Of a DNA stretch of 64,000 nt, positions 12,748-24,293 are shown piece after piece; within the stretch, counting starts at the first letter, position 1; each line of letters begins with the position of its first letter. The translations under genes were made by a program, and so were the position numbers. The DNA is from Eledone cirrhosa (taxonomy: Eukaryota): NCBI GenBank assembly GCA_964016885.1, contig OZ024761.1, positions 18,476,001 through 18,540,000 on the forward strand, given 5' to 3'. The notes below the pieces were generated by a model. That model was not told the origin of the DNA, ran no database searches, and was given only the letters and a program-made list of their open reading frames with translations.

Positions 12748-12972
12748 TAATATGGAGGTTTGGGGAGGGTTGTGTTATAATATGGAGGTTTGGGGAGGGT
12801 TGTGTTATAATATGGAGGTTTGGGGAGGGTTGTGTTATAATATGGAGGTTTGGGGAGGGTTGTGTTATAATATGGAGGTTTGGGGAGGGTTGTGTTATAA
12901 TATGGAGGTTTGGGGAGGGTTGTGTTATAATATGGAGGTTTGGGGAGGGTTGTGTTATAATATGGAGGTTTG
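12748..12972. repeat. 30-bp perfect G-rich minisatellite, about 7.5 copies
   Basis: Unit TAATATGGAGGTTTGGGGAGGGTTGTGTTA. Confidence 0.97.
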
Positions 12973-13388
12973 ATAATTAGACAGTAATAATTTTAATTTA
13001 AAATAAACATCCTTGTGATACGTGCAACAGGATGTCTGTTTTATTTTTATGAACAACAAAAAATATTTTAAATCACCAAAAATTTGTTATGTCCTTCAGT
13101 TGTTAATTCATTCATCAAAGCCTGTCAGGGTTTTTTTTTTACACTTACTAAGAATTGTCAAGAATTACTTTCATCAAAGTCTGTGAAGTTGTTTTACATT
13201 TACTAAGAATTATCAAGAATTACTGTCACCAGTCTGTGAGGTTTTTTTACATTTACTTAGTATTACCAAGAATTACTGTCACCAACGACTGTGAGGGTTT
13301 TTTTACACTTACTAAGATTACTTTCATATCAAAGTCTATGAGGTTTTTCTACACTTACTAAAAATTACCTTCATCAAAGTTTATGACA

Positions 13389-13669
13389 TTTTTAACACTC
13401 TTACCAAAATTCACTCTCAAGAAAGTTTGTGAGGTTTTTTAACACTCTTACCAAAATTCACTCTCAAGAAAGTTTGTGAGGTTTTTTAACACTCTTACCA
13501 AAATTCACTCTCAAGAAAGTTTGTGAGGTTTTTTAACACTCTTACCAAAATTCACTCTCAAGAAAGTTTGTGAGGTTTTTTAACACTCTTACCAAAATTC
13601 ACTCTCAAGAAAGTTTGTGAGGTTTTTTAACACTCTTACCAAAATTCACTCTCAAGAAAGTTTGTGAGG
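13389..13669. repeat. 45-bp minisatellite, about 6 copies
   Basis: Unit TTTTTTAACACTCTTACCAAAATTCACTCTCAAGAAAGTTTGTGAGG-like; degenerate copies upstream at 13110-13385. Confidence 0.9.
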
Positions 13670-13854
13670 GTTATTTCATTAAGTTAACCAAGGATTTCCC
13701 TGTGAATGTTTGTGAGGTTTTGACATTTATCAAAAATTGCTCCCATGTAAGTTGATGAATTTTTTAATACTTATTTACAAAGAATCCCCACCCACCGCGA
13801 TATCTGAGTTTTTTACCAAGTTAACCAAGAATTGCCCCTCTTACCCACAAAATT

Positions 13855-14140
13855 TTCTTCTTCTCTTTTTTGCCCACATATTCCTGAGAGGGTCGTGGGG
13901 GCAGAGCCCTCAGAAACTCCTTCCAGCGGGTCCTGTCAGAAGCAACCGTCTCCAACTGATCCAGCTGGATCCCCAAGTGAGACCAGCCTAGCTCATGGAT
14001 GTTTTCCAACTATCCTTTTCAGAGTCTACCTGGGTCTCCTGCTGATTGGTTTTTCCCATAAAATCTGTCCAGCGATTCTTTCCTGAGACATTCTAACCAC
14101 ATGCCCATAGTATCAGAGCTGTGATCTCTCAATTCGGAGA
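13855..14140 (-). mobile_element. RTE-clade LINE 3' fragment (decayed)
   Basis: LRIERSQL*YYGHVVRMSQER...ENIHELGWSHLGI...DRTRWKEFLRALPPRPSQE; same family at 30207-30475 and 62836-63084. Confidence 0.85.
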
Positions 14141-14539
14141 TTTTGGATATCAAATTTATTTACCAATAACAGACTAATATTTTATTCTATAGGTTTGTGT
14201 TGGCACAATATTCATGTATATTAACCATTTCATTACCATATTTCTAAAGGAAAAGACTACCTATTATTTTATTATAGCATGAATTAATAATATAGCTAAT
14301 TTTATTGTTAAGTCGGTGTTTGGAAAATATCTCAACATAAAAATCTCTCATCATAAAATTATGATGGAAGGTTTTTAGATAAATATAAAAACTTTAACCC
14401 TGTTGTTACCATATTTCTAATGTAAGAAAAAGGCTCTGCCAATGATTTGAAAATAATCAAGAATTTGATGAGATTAACTAACTTTCTTGTTATTAAGCTG
14501 ATGAATGGAACATAACTTAACAAAAGTTCTGACATAAAA

Positions 14540-14968
14540 TTATGATGGAAGGTTTTTAAGATAAATATCAACCACTTTAAAGCTTTCTGAGCACCTTTTG
14601 AATTCCATGTGTCCAACACCCGTGGGCATGCTTACAAAATCAGAAAACAGTACAGCTCCCATGACTTTCGGAAACGTTTTATCACACTTAGAGTTGCTGA
14701 AGCTATGGAACAAACTACCTGCATCAGTTGATACCTGTCGGGACACAGCATCCTTCAAAATTTGCAGGCTTCCTAAAATTTGCCAACACTACACCTGATA
14801 TTCCCCCACCATACACATGCACGCATATGTGTGTGTCTGTGTGTATATCATGACTCATAGACTGTTCACTTTCCTGACATTTGTACATTATTCTATGTAC
14901 TATACATGCACCTTTGATGAGTTGTAGTGCACCTGAGCACTGTACACAATAATTTTCATTATTATTAT
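14540..14968 (+). mobile_element. CR1/L2-clade LINE 3' fragment
   Basis: SNTRGHAYKIRKQ..HDFRKRF..LRV/LWNKLPASV...ASFK; 3' UTR also at 16310-16546, 1605-1685 and 11245-11300 (minus). Confidence 0.85.
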
Positions 14969-14982
14969 ATTTTTTTTATCAT

Positions 14983-15210
14983 TTAACCCTTTAGCATTCA
15001 CATTATTCTATATATACTATTATATTTTCATGGTAAAGGCTTTACCTCACATAATTATCTCTCATAATATCAAATCTACGAGATTTTGAAAGTATTTATT
15101 TTGAGAACAATACCTTAACATCAGTTTGAGTGACCAGTTACAGCTGGTTTCAACAGAAAGTGGTAGAGAATTCTGGCCGGTTTTGGCCGGTTTGAACAGT
15201 AAAGGGTTAA
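14983..15210. mobile_element. piggyBac-type MITE
   Basis: TTAA-CCCTTTA ... TAAAGGG-TTAA termini; homologous to 20206-20405. Confidence 0.75.
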
Positions 15211-15344
15211 ACACACATATCATTTACACACAAACATCATTTACATGTACACATCACTTACACACTACACATCACACATACACTCGTGTTAGTATATGCA
15301 TGCACGGACGTGAACATAACAGCAGTACTTGTGCACGCGTGCAC

Positions 15345-15783
15345 ACACACATACATAAAAGCAGTATTTGTACTACGCACACCACACACATACACATATT
15401 CACCACACACACACCATACTTACACACATACCACACACACACTACACACACACCACAATACACACACACACACAATACACATCACACTCACCACACATCA
15501 CACATCACACTCACCATACACACACACACTCACCACACACACACCACACTCACCACACACACACACCACACATCACACTCACCATACACACACACTCACC
15601 ACACACACAGACCACACATCACACTCACCACACACACACACCACACACAATACACACACCACACCACACACCACACACCACACTCACCACACACACCACA
15701 CTCACCATACACACCACACCACACCACACACAATACACACACCACACAATACACACACACAGCACACTCACCACACCACACAC
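15345..15783. repeat. CA-rich low-complexity repeat
   Basis: Direct reading. Confidence 0.9.
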
Positions 15784-15879
15784 TAAGTAGACCCAACTGC
15801 AAGAGTGCAACAAGAACATCATCAATGACTCATCAACCTGTATATACACTGGGGCTTGATGCCAGATCAACAATGGCAG

Positions 15880-16310
15880 GTGTTGTTACTGTTGTTGTTA
15901 CTGTTGTTGTTGTTGTTACTGTTGTTGGTACTGTTGTTGTTACTGTTGTTGTTGTTGTTGTTACTGTTGTTGTTACTGTTGTTGTTGTTACTGTTGTTGT
16001 TGATACTGTTGTTGTTGTTGTTACTGTTGTTGTTACTGTTGTTGTTGTTGTTGTTGTTACTGTTGTTGTTGTTAGTTATTTTTATTGATATTGTTACTGT
16101 TGTTGTTGTGACTATTATTGTTGTTATTACTGTTATTATTGCTGCTGCATTTGTTGCTGTTGCAGTTGTTGCTGCTGCATTTGTTGCTGTTGCAGTTGTT
16201 GCTGCTGCATTTGTTGCAGTTGTTGCTGTTGCAGTTGTTGCTGAAGTATTATTGCTGTAATAGTTGTTGTTACAGTTTTATTACTGCTGTTGTTGTTAAT
16301 GATGTTGTAA
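15880..16310. repeat. (GTT)n/(GCT)n trinucleotide repeat
   Basis: Direct reading. Confidence 0.9.
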
Positions 16311-16554
16311 TAATAATGCAAATTATTGTGTACAGTGCTCAGGTGCACTACAACTCATCAAAGGTGCATGTATAGTACATAGAATATTGTACAAATGTGT
16401 GCATGTGTATGATTGAGGAATATCAGGTGTAGTGTTGGGGAATTTCAGGAAGCATGGAACGTTTGAAGGATGCAGTGTCCCGACAGGTAACAACTGATGC
16501 AGGTGGTTTGTTCCATGCTTCAGCAACTCTGAGTGTGAAGAAATGTTATCACTG

Positions 16555-17135
16555 ACCACTGGCTTGGCAGTATCGGTAGAGGGTCGGACGCCATGCTTTG
16601 CAGCATAGAGTTACGGCCCTTTGTGATCTGAGTTCAAATCCCGCCGAGGTTAACTTTGCCTTTCATCCTTACGTGGTCGATAAAATAAAGTACCAGTAAT
16701 ACACTGGGTATTTGTGCCAAAAGTAGAAACAATTATCACTGACCGGTGGAGGGCGGTGGATTGGCAGTATCGGTAGAGGGTCGGACACCATGCTCTGCAG
16801 CATAGAGTTACGGTCTTTTACAGTCTGAGTTCAAATCCCGCCGAGGTTAACTTTGCCTTTCATCCTTACAGGATCGATAAAATAAAGTACCAGTAATGTA
16901 CTGGGAAGGGTTTAATTGACGTTCCCCAAATTGCTGACCTTGTGCCTATACTAGAAATCATTATCACTGACCGGTTGACTGGCAGTATCAGTAGAGGGTC
17001 AGACGCCATGCTTTGCAGCATAGAGTTATGGCCTGAGTTTAGCTTTGCTTTTCATCCTTACGGGGTCGATAAAATAAGGCACCAGTAATGCGCTGGGATA
17101 ATTGCTGGCCTTGTGCCAAAAGAAGAAACAATTGT
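16555..17135 (+). mobile_element. Three tandem family 1 SINE copies
   Basis: Repeated TTGGCAGTATCGGTAGAGGGTCGG head, B-box and Meta-like core. Confidence 0.85.
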
Positions 17136-17719
17136 TATTGACCGAAAATTAAGTGAACAGAATCTCCTCTGTCCACTTTTTCTCCAAAATTTTCAACTAT
17201 TATTTACAGTGGTCAACTATTATTATAGTCTTCGGCGTTGGGACGACTAGAATTTTTTTTTTTTTTTTTTACAATTTAAAAAAAAATATTTATCCATAAT
17301 TTGGTTTTGACCGCCCCTTCCTTTTCTTCCAGCAACACCTTTAGTCACCGCCCCCCACCCCCACCTCACCTCTAACTCACTTTTGGTGTAACCTCCTCTC
17401 TCCGTTCACAGCCACTCTATAGGTGTAATACTCCTACTCGTCCCACACCTCACGGCCGGCCATCCGTTAGGTGTAATGCTCCCCCCCCCACCTCACGGCC
17501 ATCCGCTAGGTGTAATGCTCCCCCCCACCTCACGGCCATCCTCTAGGTGTAATGCTCCCCCTACCATCCCACCACCCTTACTGCCATCCGATAAGTGTTT
17601 GTCCCCCCCCCCTCCTTCCTACATACATATACCTACTTCCATTCTTGAGTATACCATATACCTTTCTCCCCCCACCCCTCCTCCTTTTCTTCCACCATCT
17701 CTGTCAGACCTTGTTAACT

Positions 17720-17779
17720 GCTGCTGCTGCTGCTGCTGCACACATGGGACACGTTGGCCCACCACTACTACTACGACGA

Positions 17780-17816
<37 letters not shown>

Positions 17817-18159
17817 CCCCACCACAAACACTACTACGACGACGACTACCACTACTACTACTACCCCCACCACAACCACTACTACGACGACGACTACCAC
17901 TACTACTACTACTACTGCACACTATTATCACCAACACTACTCCCACTGTTACCACCACCACCACTACTACTACTACTACTACATATTATTATCACCAACA
18001 CTACTACCACTACAACTACTGCTGCTACTACCACTACTAGTATTACTACTACTACGTCTACTACTACACACCACCACCACCACTACTACTACTACACACC
18101 ACCACCACCACTACTACTACTACTACTACATACCACCACCACTACTACTACTCACCACC

Positions 18160-18191
<32 letters not shown>

Positions 18192-18685
18192 ACACCACCA
18201 CCACTACTACTACTATTACACACCAACCCCACTACTACTACTACTACTCACGATTGCTACCATGATACTCCCTCATTAATCAAACACACACACACACACA
18301 CACTGCAGTCTCTCATTGATCAACCCCTACGCAACCACCACACCACCATGCAATCACCACCACCACCCCACCGCCATGCACAACCACCATCATGCAACCA
18401 CCGGCACAACTACAACCACTGCCATCTCCACAACAACAACCAGCACCACCACCAATGCCATCTCCACCACCACAACAACAACCACCACCACCACTACTAC
18501 CACAGCAGCAACAACAATCACCACTAATGTCATCTCCACCACCACAACAACATCCACCACCACCACTGCCATCTCCACCACCACCACAGCAGCAACAACA
18601 ATCACCATCACTAATGTCATCTCCACCACCAATGCCTCCACCTCCACCACAGCAACAACAACAACAACAACCTCCACCATCACCC
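17720..18685. repeat. (ACT/ACC/ACA)n trinucleotide low-complexity region
   Basis: Direct reading; source of poly-T/P/Q/H ORFs. Confidence 0.9.
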
Positions 18686-18953
18686 CCTTTACTTGGCACC
18701 GGCATTTTTACAACAGACCTTGACATTGAGCCAAGGAAAGGTACGGCTCTCTGTTCTCCTAAAAGACATAATAGCCAAAATTTCCCCTCAAATTACATTG
18801 AGCTAAATATAATGAATTCTAATTTAGGCACAAGGCCAGCAATTTTTGACAGAGGGGGGGAGGGTGAGACAGTGGTGGAAAATCGATTATATTAACCCTA
18901 GTTCTGACCTTGAAATATTTTTATAGGTAAAAATTAATAAATTTATTGGAAAA

Positions 18954-19159
18954 TACGAGAGTCGGCTGAAAATTTCACAAACTGACCAAGATACTCTCAT
19001 GGAATGACCAAATGAGGTTTATTTTTCAACATAGTCCCTGGAAATAAACAATGCAGTTATTATTAATAAGAAGAGTTGAAAATTAATGCATGCAAGATTT
19101 CACAACTCTAGCATCATTCCTTCATAGCCAGCCTATGAACTTTTTAGCCGACCCTCGTA
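18954..19159. mobile_element. Mariner-type MITE, copy 1
   Basis: TA-CGAGAGTCGGCTGAAAATTTCA ... TGAACTTTTTAGCCGACCCTCG-TA terminal inverted repeats. Confidence 0.8.
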
Positions 19160-19223
19160 GAATATAGCAGAGTGGTGTTGGATTAACAGAATTGGTAGAC
19201 TATCGGATAAAATGCGCATTGTG

Positions 19224-19446
19224 GTTATTTGTTCTGGCTCTTTTACGAGAGTGGGTTGAAAAGGTTCATAGGCTGACTATGAAGGATTGATGCTAGTGCT
19301 GTGAAATCTTGCATGCGTTAATTCCAACTTTTTTTATTAATAATTGCGTTGTTTCTTTCCAGGGACTGTGTTGAAAAATAAACCTCATTTGGTCATTCTA
19401 TGAGAGTCTCTTGGTCAGCTTGTGAAATTTTCTGTCAACCCTCGTA
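19224..19446. mobile_element. Mariner-type MITE, copy 2 (inverted, inserted in a SINE)
   Basis: Same TIRs and TA flanks; internal sequence is the reverse complement of copy 1; the SINE head lies upstream and its B-box downstream. Confidence 0.8.
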
Positions 19447-20205
19447 TAATCAGAGTTCAAATCCCGCCAAGATCAACTTTGTCCTTGATCCGTCTGGCGT
19501 GGGGAAGGGTTGGGTCGATAAAATAAAGTACCAGTCAAGTACTGGGATTGATTTAATCAATATGCTGGCCTTGTGCCTTGGCCAGCATCACCTGAGCTAA
19601 TAATAGTTTTTGATTTAGGCACAAGGACAACACTTTTGGAGGAGGGGAAAATCGATTAAATCTACTCAGTATATTACTGGTACTTTATTTTATCTATTAA
19701 CCCCGTAAGGATGAAAGGCAAAACTAACCTCGACCGGATTTGAACTCACACCTAAACCAATAATATTAATAATAATAATAATATCTCCTTTAGACAAAAG
19801 GACCAGCAAATTTAGGGGGTGGGGAAACCGATTAAATTGACTCCAGTGTGTTATTGGTACTTTATTGTATCTATCAATCTCGGAAGGACGGCAGGCAAAG
19901 TTGACCACGGCAAGATCTGAACTCAGAACCGAAAGAGCCGGTACAAATACTGGTACGCATTTGGCCGATGCTCTAACCCGACGAGGTTGCGTGGGGGTGT
20001 GCGGGGAGGAGTGCTTACACAGTTACTCGACCTCCTGCTAGGAAAAAGAACCCCTAAATCTCCATCAGGTCTATGTCGGAATTAACTCGGCGGAGTCCCG
20101 CTACAGTCCCGCTATATTATAAAAGAAAAAAAAAATAGATGGAGTGGTCGTGTTTGGAACATCGTTGATCTAATGTGTTTGAGCTCGATCAGTGTTCACC
20201 TTGGA

Positions 20206-20405
20206 TTAACCCTTTAGCATTTCAACTGGCTGTATCCGGCCAGAATTCTCTCGTCTCTTTCTGTTCAAACCGGCTGTAACTGACCGCTCATACTGATGTT
20301 AAGGTATTGTTCTCAAAATAAATAACATCAAAATCTCATAGATTCGATATTATGTGAGATAATTATGTGAATATATATAGAGTAATGTAAATGCTAAAGG
20401 GTTAA
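20206..20405. mobile_element. piggyBac-type MITE
   Basis: TTAA-CCCTTTAGCATTT ... AAATGCTAAAGGG-TTAA. Confidence 0.8.
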
Positions 20406-20407
20406 AC

Positions 20408-20559
20408 CAGGCACGGGCAACCTTTTTTCGATCAGTAAGCCGCATGGGATTTGGCTGATCATAAGGCGGGCCGGCCGCACTACTAAAAAAAATTGAGGCA
20501 ATTTTGTAATTAGACGTGTCATTCAGGAAGCTGAACGGGCCACAGTTTGGCCATGACTG
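20408..20559. mobile_element. hAT-type MITE
   Basis: CAGGCACGGGCAAC / GTTTGGCCATGACTG imperfect TIRs; 8-bp TSD GGTTAAAC/GGTTTAAC. Confidence 0.7.
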
Positions 20560-20763
20560 GGTTTAACAAACCAACAAACAACAACAACATTAAATTTAAA
20601 TTTAAATTGGCTTCATTTCTCGTCTGCTGCTGTCCAACCACCATCACTATCGCCTCCTCTATTGCTCTCCTTCTCTGAAATACTTTCTTTGTCTATGTAT
20701 TTCATCTCTCTATCTATCTAATTCCCCCTCCCTCTCTCTCTCTCTGTATCTATCATCTATCTT

Positions 20764-20800
<37 letters not shown>

Positions 20801-21586
20801 TATCTTAGTCTCTCTCTCTCTCTCGTTATCTATCTTAGTCCTTCTCTCTCTCTGTATCTCTCTCGTTATCTATCTTAGTCTCTCTCTCTCGTTATCTCTC
20901 TATCTACAATCTCTCTTTGCATCTACTGTCTTCCTCTCTATCTACCATCTCTCTATCTATATATCTCTCTTCATCTATCTATCGATATCTCTATCTATTT
21001 ATCTATCTCCCTCTATCCTATACACGATCTCCATCCCTTTTCTTCTCTCTATTTCCCCTCTTACATGGCTCACATCACTTCTCTTAACCTTCCATGCCAC
21101 ACATCATATTTTTTTTTTCACCTCCCACCATCATTATAACACCATTCACCTCTTCACACCCTCACCCTCTAGTTCATTTCCTCTTTCTCTCCCTCTCCTC
21201 CTCATCCTCCAGCGATGCTGCTTGTCTTCCACAATCACCACATCAACCATCACCATAACATCCACCACCACCACCATCACCACCACCATCGGTATTAAGT
21301 CAGTGCCCGTTTACAAATCAGCCATGGATGATGCGGCAAGCTTCCTCCAGCTCTACGTGCCCACAACAGCATCACTATTAACATTATCATCATCATCGTC
21401 ATAACAACAATAATAACCACAACAAACAAGCATATTTTAGTCGCCAAAAAAAAAACTCAACAACAACAACAACCAGCCAAGTCAAGCAGCAAAACGGAAG
21501 AAAGGCGACTATCACCGAAAATTCGTCATTAATTTGCCAAACTTCAGTTGATTTCCATCGTAGTTTGTCGTCCAGTACACCTCAGC

Positions 21587-21621
21587 ATGCAGCTATTGCG
21601 GTTTTTCGGCTTTTGTATGAG
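21587..21621 (+). other. Candidate short first coding exon of an unknown host gene
   Basis: Unique sequence after a CT-rich tract; ATG..MQLLRFFGFCM then AG|GTAGGA donor-like site. Confidence 0.2.
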
Positions 21622-21654
21622 GTAGGACTTCTTAGAGCACGGGTTTATTTTTTT

Positions 21655-22470
21655 TTTGTTTAAAATATGTATGTGTTTGTTTGAAAATATGTGTTTGTTT
21701 GAAAATATGTATGTGTTTGTTTGAAAATATGTATGTGTTTGTTTGAAAATATGTATGTGTTTGTTTGAAAATATGTATGTGTTTGTTTTAGAATATGTAT
21801 GTGTTGTTTGAAAATATATATGTGTGTGTTTTTTGTAAATGTGTATGTGTGTGTATTAAAATATATATGTCTGTTTCTTGTAAATGTGTATGTGTTTGTA
21901 TTAAAAAATATATATATATATATGTGTTTGTTTTAAAATATGTGTGTTTGTTTTATATATGTGTTTTTTGTAAATGTGTATGTGTGTATTAAAATATATA
22001 TGTCTGTTTCTTGTAAATGTGTGTGTTTGTATTAAAATATATGTGTGTGTTTTTGTAAATGTGTATGTGTTTGTATTAAAAAAATAAATATATATATATA
22101 TATATATGTGTTTGTTTTAGAATATGTATGTGTGTTTGTTTTAGAATATGTATGTGTTTGTTTGAAAATATATATGTTTTTTGTAAATGTGTATGTGTAT
22201 GTATTAAAATATATCTGTGTGTTTCTTGTAAATGTGTATGTGTTTGTATTAAAATATATGTGTTTTTGTAAATGTGTATGTGTGTGTATTAAAATATATG
22301 TGTGTTTCTTGTAAATGTGTATGTGTTTGTATTAAAAAAAAATATATATATATATGTGTGTTTGTTTTAGAATATCTATGTGTTTGTTTTAGAATATCTA
22401 TGTGTTTGTTTTATATATGTTTGTGTGTTTGTTTTAAAATGTGTATGTGTTTGTATTAAATGTGTACGTG
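21655..22470. repeat. Degenerate TG/TA-rich minisatellite
   Basis: Recurrent AAAATATGTATGTGTTTGTTTG and GTAAATGTGTATGTG units. Confidence 0.85.
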
Positions 22471-22598
22471 TTAGTGTGCTGTGGTTATGAGTGTTTGTAT
22501 GTATGTATATACGTAGGTAGGTGTATATATATATATGTATATATATATATATACATGCATACATACATAGGTACATACGTACATAGATTCATCCATCC

Positions 22599-22664
<66 letters not shown>

Positions 22665-22706
22665 GCATACATACATACATACATAGGTACATAGATTCAT
22701 CCATCC

Positions 22707-22762
<56 letters not shown>

Positions 22763-23246
22763 GCATACATACATAGGTACATCCACATATATATATACAT
22801 ACGTACATAGATTCATCCATCCACATATATATATATATATATATATATATACGTTTAGCGTTGACCGTCAGGAGAATGTGCAGTACTCAATACTAGAATA
22901 TCGATCAATAATTAAGGAGGAATCAGTCATGTCAGACTGGAGTTTCACCTGTGTTCTCGGGGTCATCGCATACATATGGCTGGGTGGAAGGCTGGTGGTG
23001 ATTCTAGGGTGGTTAGTTTTCGCAAAGAGCCGAGTGGATGATATTATATGTATGTATGTATGTATATGCGTATGTGCATATATATATATATATTTTTTTA
23101 TATATATATATATATCAATCAAATGTTATATTAATGATACCCTATGCGGTGAGTGTAGCCCGGGTTCAATCGAGGGTAACCACAGTAAATAAGGTACTCA
23201 ATACATAGCAGAGTATCACTATTTGATATAGAAATGGCTTCTACGT

Positions 23247-23298
23247 GGCTTTTCTGATGATTTCCTTCGATTCAAACAGTCCTAGTTCTGTAGAAGCC
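23247..23298 (+). ncRNA. Family B hammerhead, core-mutated (G12C)
   Basis: GGCUUUU-CUGAUGA-...-CAAA-CAG..CUG-UA^GAAGCC; inverted arm immediately upstream. Confidence 0.6.
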
Positions 23299-23313
23299 AT
23301 TTCTCTCTCTCTC

Positions 23314-23384
<71 letters not shown>

Positions 23385-23529
23385 ATATATATATGTATGT
23401 GTATATATGTATATGTATATATGTATATATATATATATATAGGAAAATGTTCAAGACCTCGACGGCAGAGGTCAAGCGGTTTCGACGGCTATTTCTGGTA
23501 TATGTATTAATATATATGTATTAAAACAT

Positions 23530-23565
<36 letters not shown>

Positions 23566-23593
23566 ATGTTTTAATACATATATCAGATGTTTT

Positions 23594-23657
<64 letters not shown>

Positions 23658-23805
23658 TATAGACCTGTTGCTCGGTAAAAGAACGTAGAGAAGGGAGCCA
23701 CAATTGAAGAATAAGGTACTCAATACATCGAGTAGAAGGGTACTCGGTTATATTTTATTCAGAAATAAGCCAATCAACCATATATATGTAGTATATTGAC
23801 CATTC

Positions 23806-23858
23806 GGCTTTTCCTGGTGATTTCTTTTGAATGAAACAGTTCTAGTCCTGTAGAAGCC
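23806..23858 (+). ncRNA. Family B hammerhead, core-mutated (A6G)
   Basis: GGCUUUUC-CUGGUGA-...-GAAA-CAGUUCUAGUCCUG-UA^GAAGCC. Confidence 0.6.
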
Positions 23859-23875
23859 ATTTCTATATTAAACAC

Positions 23876-23908
<33 letters not shown>

Positions 23909-23995
23909 ATGTGTGTTTTGTGAGTCTGCGGGAGACTACAGATCATGGGAGTACTCAATGCATTGGTTCATATATATCCATTAATATGTGTGTAT

Positions 23996-24036
<41 letters not shown>

Positions 24037-24260
24037 CAGGATGCTCCAAAAAAATGGTATACACACTTTGATTATATTTATGTTGAAGTGTGTATACATT
24101 TGGGGGGGGGGGGGGGGCACCTTGTATATATATATAGATTCATACATAAATGAAGTATAGATTTGACCGCGAGCACGTAACCGTTTGAGTGCGCAATCAA
24201 ATCTCTATCTACCTCATTTATATATATATGCGTATGTGTGTGTGTGTATATATATGTGTG

Positions 24261-24293
<33 letters not shown>

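Noticed and set aside
18392-18895. Pro/Gln-rich ORF as a real exon
   Set aside because: All frames are open because of trinucleotide repeats, and it runs into a SINE tail
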